From an uncultured Holophagales bacterium (GTDB taxonomy: Bacteria > Acidobacteriota > Thermoanaerobaculia > Multivoradales > UBA5704): a stretch of 64,000 bases of DNA. The stretch lies in contig CAWJGT010000023.1 of assembly GCA_963842525.1 (NCBI GenBank), positions 64,001 through 128,000 on the forward strand, given 5' to 3'. Of this stretch, positions 60,901 to 64,000 are shown piece after piece. A program made the position numbers and the translations under genes. Each line of letters opens with the position of its first letter. Position 1 is the first letter of the stretch. The notes beneath the pieces are model-generated. The model saw only the letters and a program-made list of their open reading frames with translations, made no database searches and had not been told where the DNA came from.

Positions 60901-63900
60901 TCGCCTCCGCCTGAGCCAGATCCAACACCCTGCGGCCGCCCGCCAACACCACCGCCGCCAGGGACCCCCGCGCCACCAGCACTCCCACTTCCGCCGCCAT
61001 CCGCTCCAGCCACTCCAACGGATACGACGGATTGAGAGGCAGGTACGCCCCGCCGGCCTTGAGGATCCCCAGCAGCACCGCCACCAGCTCGACTCCGCTC
61101 TCCAGCAGGACCCCCACCAGCGATTCCGGTCCGACTCCGAGATCCCGCAGACGGTGCGCGATTTGGTTCGACCAGCGGTCCAGTTCCCCGTAGGTGACCG
61201 CCCCTCCGTCCCACACCAGCGCCAGCGCCTCGGGCCTCTCCGCCGCCTGCGCCGCGAACAGCTCGTGGATGCACGCCTCCCGCGGATAGGCCGTGGCCAT
61301 GCCCATCGACAGCACCTGGAGCCGCTCCGCGGGCGGCAGCAAGGGCAGGTCCCCCACCGCCAGCTCCGGACCCGCCGCCACACCGGCCAGCAGAACCGCC
61401 CACTGCTCCGCCAGCCGGACCATCGTCGACGCGTCGAACAGCTCCGTCCGGTACTCGAAGCTGCCCGCCACTCCCGCCTCCGTCTCCGCCAGCGACAGAG
61501 TCAGATCGAACTTCGCCTGCCCCGTCTCCACCGCCACCGGCTCCAGCCGCAGACCTGGCAGCTCCAGGCTCCCCAACGGCGCGTTCTGCAGCACGAACAC
61601 CACCTGGAAGACCGGCGTATGGCTCAACGAACGTTGCGGAGCGATCTCCTCGACCAGCTTCTCGAACGGCAGGTCCTGATGCGCGTAGGCCTCCAGCGTC
61701 GTCTCGCGCACCTGCTTCAACAGACGTAGAAACTCCGGGTCCTCCCTCAGGTCCGCCCGCAGCGCCAGGGTGTTGACGAAAAAGCCGATCAGCGGCTCGG
61801 TCTCCACCCGGTTGCGATTGGCGATCGGCGAGCCCACCACCACGTCCTCGACCCCGCTGAACCGGTGCAGCAGAACGTCGAACGCCGCCAGCAGGGTCAT
61901 GAACAGGGTAACCCCCTGCCGCCGGCTCAGCCGCCCGAGCTCGGCGAGCCGCTCCGCCGGCAGCGCCACCGCCAAACGCCCGCCCTGGAAGCCCTGCACC
62001 GCCGGCCGCGGCCGGTCTGTCGGCAGCTCCAGCAGCGCCGGCGCTCCGGCGAGGCGATGGCGCCAGTGAGCCAGCCGGACCTCCAACGCCTCGCCCGCCA
62101 GCCAGCCACGCTGCCAGACGGCGAAGTCGGCGTACTGGATGGGCAGCTCCAGGAGCGGCGAGGCTCGGCCCGCCGCGAACGTCGGGTAGAGCGCCGTCAG
62201 CTCCCGCACCAGCACACCCATCGACCAGCCATCCGAGACGATGTGATGCAGGGTCAGCAGCGCCAGATGCTCCTCGGGCGCCAGCGCCACCAGCACCACC
62301 CGCACCAGCGGACCGCGCGCCAAATCGAAGGGACGCGCCGCCTCGCTCCGCGCCAGGCCTTGCGCCGCGGCATCGCGCAGGTCCCCGGGAAGAGCGCGCA
62401 GGTCCACCACCGGCACCGCCAGAGAAAGCGGCGGCGCGACCACCTGCACGGGCCGCCCCTGGACGCTGGCGAACGTTGTCCGCAGCGACTCGTGACGCCG
62501 CGCGATCTCATCCAGGGCCGCGGCAAAGACCCGCCCATCCAGCGCCCCCGAGACGCGTACCGCCGCCGGCACGCCATAGGGCGAGCCGCCCGGCTCGAGC
62601 TGGTCGAGAAACCACAACCGCTCCTGGGCGAAGGAAAGCGGCAGCGGCTCCTCTCTCGACACTCGCACCAGGGGCGCCACAGCCACCAACCCCGCCCCCT
62701 CCTCGCCGCCGCGCAGCGCCGCCTCCACTCGCCCGGCCAAGCTCGCCACCGTCGGCGCAGCGAAGAGCTCGCGCAACGCCAGCTCCACGCCGAAGGCGTC
62801 CCGCAGGCGCGAGACCACCTGCGTGGCCAGCAACGAGTGGCCGCCCAGCTCGAAGAAGTTCTCCGCCAACCCCACTCGCTCGACACCCAGCACATCGCAC
62901 CAGATCCCGGCCATCAACTGCTCGGCCGGCGCGCGCGGCGCCACGAATCCTTCACCGCCCCGCGCCGCCTCCGGCGCCGGCAGCGCCTTGCGGTCCACCT
63001 TGCCATTCGGCGTCAGCGGCAGCTTGTCGAGGACGACGAGCTCCCCGGGCACCATGTACTGGGGCAGTTGAGACGCTAGAAGCTCCCGCAGGCGGCCGGC
63101 CTCCAGCGTCGCGCCCGGCCGCATCGCCAGGTAAGCCACCAGCCGCTTGTCGCCCGGGCGGTCCTCCCGCACCGTCACCACCGCCTGCTCGACGGCTGAA
63201 CTGCGCAACAGGATCGTCTCGATCTCCCCCGGCTCGATGCGGAAGCCCCGCACTTTCACCTGCTGGTCGATGCGGCCCAGGATCTCCAGCTCGCCATCGG
63301 CCCGGTAACGCGCCAGGTCCCCCGTCCGGTACAAGCGGCCGCCCCGGCCGCCGAACGGGTCGGGGACGAACCGATCGGCGGTCAGCTCGGCGCGGCCGAG
63401 ATAGCCCCGCGCCAGGCCGTCGCCGCCGATCCACAGCTCCCCCGCCACGCCCATCGGCACCGCGCGGCCGCGCCGGTCCACCAGGTAGATCCGGGTGTTG
63501 GCGATCGGCCGGCCGATCGGCACCGAAACCGGGCATGACGCCGCGCTCAGGTATGCGCAGCAGGTGAAAGTCGTCCCTTCCGTGGGTCCGTAGCCGTTGA
63601 TCAGTCGCACTCCGGGAAGCAGCTCCAGCGCCCGCCGCACGTGCGGCAGCGACAGCGCATCACCACCGGCCAGGAGCTGGCGCAGCCCGCACAGGATCCA
63701 GGGGCAGGTATCCATCACCTGGTGGAAGAGACCCGCCGTCAGCCACAGCGTCGTCACCCCATGGCGCTCGAGGCACCGCCCAAGCTCCTCCAGCGAAGGC
63801 GTTCGCTCGGCCAGCAGCGCCAACTGCCCGCCGTGGAGCAGCGCCCCCCAGATCTCGAGCGTTGACGCATCGAAGGAAATCGGTGCCAGGTGGAGAAAGA

Positions 63901-64000
63901 CCTCCCCGGGGCCGAAACGCGCGTAGTAGACCTCCCGCACCAGGCGCACCACGCCTCGGTGCGGAACCGCGATCCCTTTCGGCTCACCCGTCGTCCCGGA
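54908..64000 (-). CDS. Multimodular NRPS, 5' end outside the window: ...A-PCP-C-A-PCP-C-A-PCP-C
   Basis: The frame is open to base 64000 (SGTTGEPKG). Three GGHS PCPs. C motifs HHIVSDGWS, HHIAADGWS, HHIAGDGWS. A codes read by eye: DALWLGGTFK and DAFWLGGTFK (Val-like), DVENIGGITK (basic residue?). It ends in a C domain plus a basic tail. Confidence 0.95.
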   Translation of the reverse strand, partial: SGTTGEPKGIAVPHRGVVRLVREVYYARFGPGEVFLHLAPISFDASTLEIWGALLHGGQLALLAERTPSLEELGRCLERHGVTTLWLTAGLFHQVMDTCPWILCGLRQLLAGGDALSLPHVRRALELLPGVRLINGYGPTEGTTFTCCAYLSAASCPVSVPIGRPIANTRIYLVDRRGRAVPMGVAGELWIGGDGLARGYLGRAELTADRFVPDPFGGRGGRLYRTGDLARYRADGELEILGRIDQQVKVRGFRIEPGEIETILLRSSAVEQAVVTVREDRPGDKRLVAYLAMRPGATLEAGRLRELLASQLPQYMVPGELVVLDKLPLTPNGKVDRKALPAPEAARGGEGFVAPRAPAEQLMAGIWCDVLGVERVGLAENFFELGGHSLLATQVVSRLRDAFGVELALRELFAAPTVASLAGRVEAALRGGEEGAGLVAVAPLVRVSREEPLPLSFAQERLWFLDQLEPGGSPYGVPAAVRVSGALDGRVFAAALDEIARRHESLRTTFASVQGRPVQVVAPPLSLAVPVVDLRALPGDLRDAAAQGLARSEAARPFDLARGPLVRVVLVALAPEEHLALLTLHHIVSDGWSMGVLVRELTALYPTFAAGRASPLLELPIQYADFAVWQRGWLAGEALEVRLAHWRHRLAGAPALLELPTDRPRPAVQGFQGGRLAVALPAERLAELGRLSRRQGVTLFMTLLAAFDVLLHRFSGVEDVVVGSPIANRNRVETEPLIGFFVNTLALRADLREDPEFLRLLKQVRETTLEAYAHQDLPFEKLVEEIAPQRSLSHTPVFQVVFVLQNAPLGSLELPGLRLEPVAVETGQAKFDLTLSLAETEAGVAGSFEYRTELFDASTMVRLAEQWAVLLAGVAAGPELAVGDLPLLPPAERLQVLSMGMATAYPREACIHELFAAQAAERPEALALVWDGGAVTYGELDRWSNQIAHRLRDLGVGPESLVGVLLESGVELVAVLLGILKAGGAYLPLNPSYPLEWLERMAAEVGVLVARGSLAAVVLAGGRRVLDLAQAEAIAGCPDTALEVPVCADGLAYVLFTSGTTGVPKGIAVPHRGVVRLVRETAYAWFGPAEVFLHIAPISFDASTFEIWGALLHGARLALPAERMPSLEELGQGLERHGVTTLWLTAGLFHQVMDACPWILRGLRQLLAGGDALSLPHVRRALAELPGVRLINGYGPTEGTTFTCCAELSVTSCRYSVPIGRPIANTRICLVDRRGRAVPVGAPGELWIGGDGLARGYLARPDLTAERFVPDPFGGGGGRLYRTGDLVRRRADGDIEFLGRIDQQVKVRGFRIEPGEIEAALLRSPAVEQAAVIVREDRPGDKRLVAYVAVRSGRTLDAGSLRDLLASQLPSYMVPSAWVALEALPLTPNGKVDRRALPPPGPEEEAGTAEAPRTPFEEVVAGLWVELLGVESAGRGSHFFAMGGHSLLATRAISRVRTVFGIDLPLHVLFEAPTVAGFAARVEEALGAAPGPGEPPLQRASRDGDLPLSFSQQRLWFLDRLQPGDPVYNIPAAFRLAGRLAAGAFEAAFREVVRRHEVLRTRFAEGGGEPRQVIDRDVPLAVPRIDLAGLAPVRREEELARLAREEALLPFDLARGPVLRVRLVRLDPEEHAALVTVHHIAADGWSMGVLVREIAAVYESCVTDMPSTLPELPLQVADFAVWQRERLRGERLAAELAWWRESLADAPAALPLPIDRPRPPMPSSRGAVRALRLPAELAGELAALGRREGATLFMTLLAAFAVLLQRWTGEDDLPVGTPVAGRTRAELEGLIGFFVNTLVLRAGLAGDPPYRELLARVRTISLGAYAHQDLPFERLVEELLPARDLSHNPLFQVMFALQNAPRPDLRLAGLEVQPVPAGEVRAKLDLSLTLEETPAGLEGSFEYATDLFDAATVERFAGHLRSLLAGVAAGPDCRLSDLPLLEENELAQLLADRDDPGLPEGRCVHHLFAEQAARTPGAVALVSGDRQVTYEELAGLARDLAGRLAAAGAGPGDLVAIQLRRSVEASAAMLGILQAGAAYLPLDPSAPRQRLDVVLEDARPRFLLAAGEADGVRLDVLDPVPSPVPGSAAGPDDLAYVLYTSGSTGRPKGVLVPHRALARHALAMARRYELAADDRVLQLASLTFDVAAEELYPSWIRGAAVVLEPEEVPAPTEAFRRFVERERLTVLNLPSSFFEGWVSTLAEAASPPPPLLRLLIVGSEPVPERALEAWRGLAGSRVRTLNGYGLTESTITSSLWEMAGLPPSGRVPIGRPVEGAEMLVLDPWGNPAPLGIAGELSIGGAGLALGYLGHPALTAERFVPHPFPLRMGERLLRTGDLARRLPDGDFEVLGRIDRQVKVRGFRIEPGEVEAALAAHPEVREAAVVAHEDGRGGRRLVAYVTPRGERPPQAASLRAHLQGLLPAAMIPAAWVVLPALPRSASGKVDRRALPLPEEAAGSLSGSPSGVPRSPVEELLAGIWEEVLGLEGVGVEDDFFALGGHSLAATRLVSRIREALGVELPLRRIFETPTPAGLAAAVEAQRAAGQAAVAPPILPLAPASRRGELPISFAQQRIWLVDRTAGGESPFYNQPAAVELRGLLQPAALAAAFAEIVRRHEALRTSFVLRGDRLVQVVGESRTLLPVVDLAALPESAREAEALRLAGEEARRPFDLARGPLLRLGLLRLGEDRHILLFTIHHIAGDGWSMGVLVREVAALYPAFTEGRPSPLPDLPVQYADYAAWQRGWLRGEALETHLSYWRRALAGSPASLDLPADRPRREELTGRGARRSFRIPGALHRELRSLCRSEKVTLFMLLLAAFDVLLHRASGQDDLVVGAAVAGRNHSEVEGLVGCFINLLPLRVSLAGDPTFRELLARVREVTLGAFAHQDLPLELLASELRWERATGGRPLVQVAFGVQNTPDHPAELPGLDLRVLDLDPGMARFELTLWITEEAGGLTAAWTWSTDLFAAATVERLYGRFEALLGRLAADPAARLSTLEVLTAAEQERKAERLRQWQEAKTGRFARRQRRPLS
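59820..64000 (-). repeat. Near-identical duplicated A-domain coding segments, offset about 3171 bp
   Basis: For example GATCCGGGTGTTGGCGATCGGCCGGCCGATCGGCACCGA occurs near 60317 and 63488. 59820-60830 parallels 62990-64000. Confidence 0.8.

Overview
High-GC bacterial DNA (the ECF/anti-sigma/TPR-CHAT triad and large NRPS suggest an Acidobacteria/Thermoanaerobaculia-like or myxobacteria-like genome; this is inference). It has three accessory blocks. (1) 1-15072 (+): a tightly coupled operon encoding a complete but non-canonical second chaperone machine: TPR scaffold, HPD-less J-like protein, pseudokinase-CHAT protease, GrpE-like protein, two divergent Hsp70s, a Zn-ribbon/TPR protein, a degenerate Hsp90 and an intact Hsp90 fused to a class III nucleotide cyclase. 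This looks like a chaperone-gated signalling/conflict system and is the best candidate for an undescribed system. (2) 17029-25525 (-): ECF sigma, ZAS anti-sigma, exported TPR-CHAT protease, a 72-aa peptide with three 17-aa repeats, a C25 gingipain-like protease and a C14 caspase-like protease, i.e. three clan CD proteases around a repeat peptide. (3) 26367-64000: the distal part of a hybrid NRPS/PKS cluster with two TauD hydroxylases, an interface domain, a Glu-type A domain with an embedded O-methyltransferase, a KS-AT-KR-DH-ACP-C-A-PCP-E* protein with no thioesterase, a ToxC-like WD40 protein, a GTP cyclohydrolase II-sulfotransferase fusion and further tailoring genes. An M28 peptidase and YceI lie between the blocks. 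Five single-base frameshifts in otherwise intact genes are probably long-read errors. No rRNA, tRNA, CRISPR array or transposase was seen. All calls come from reading motifs by eye; no searches were run.
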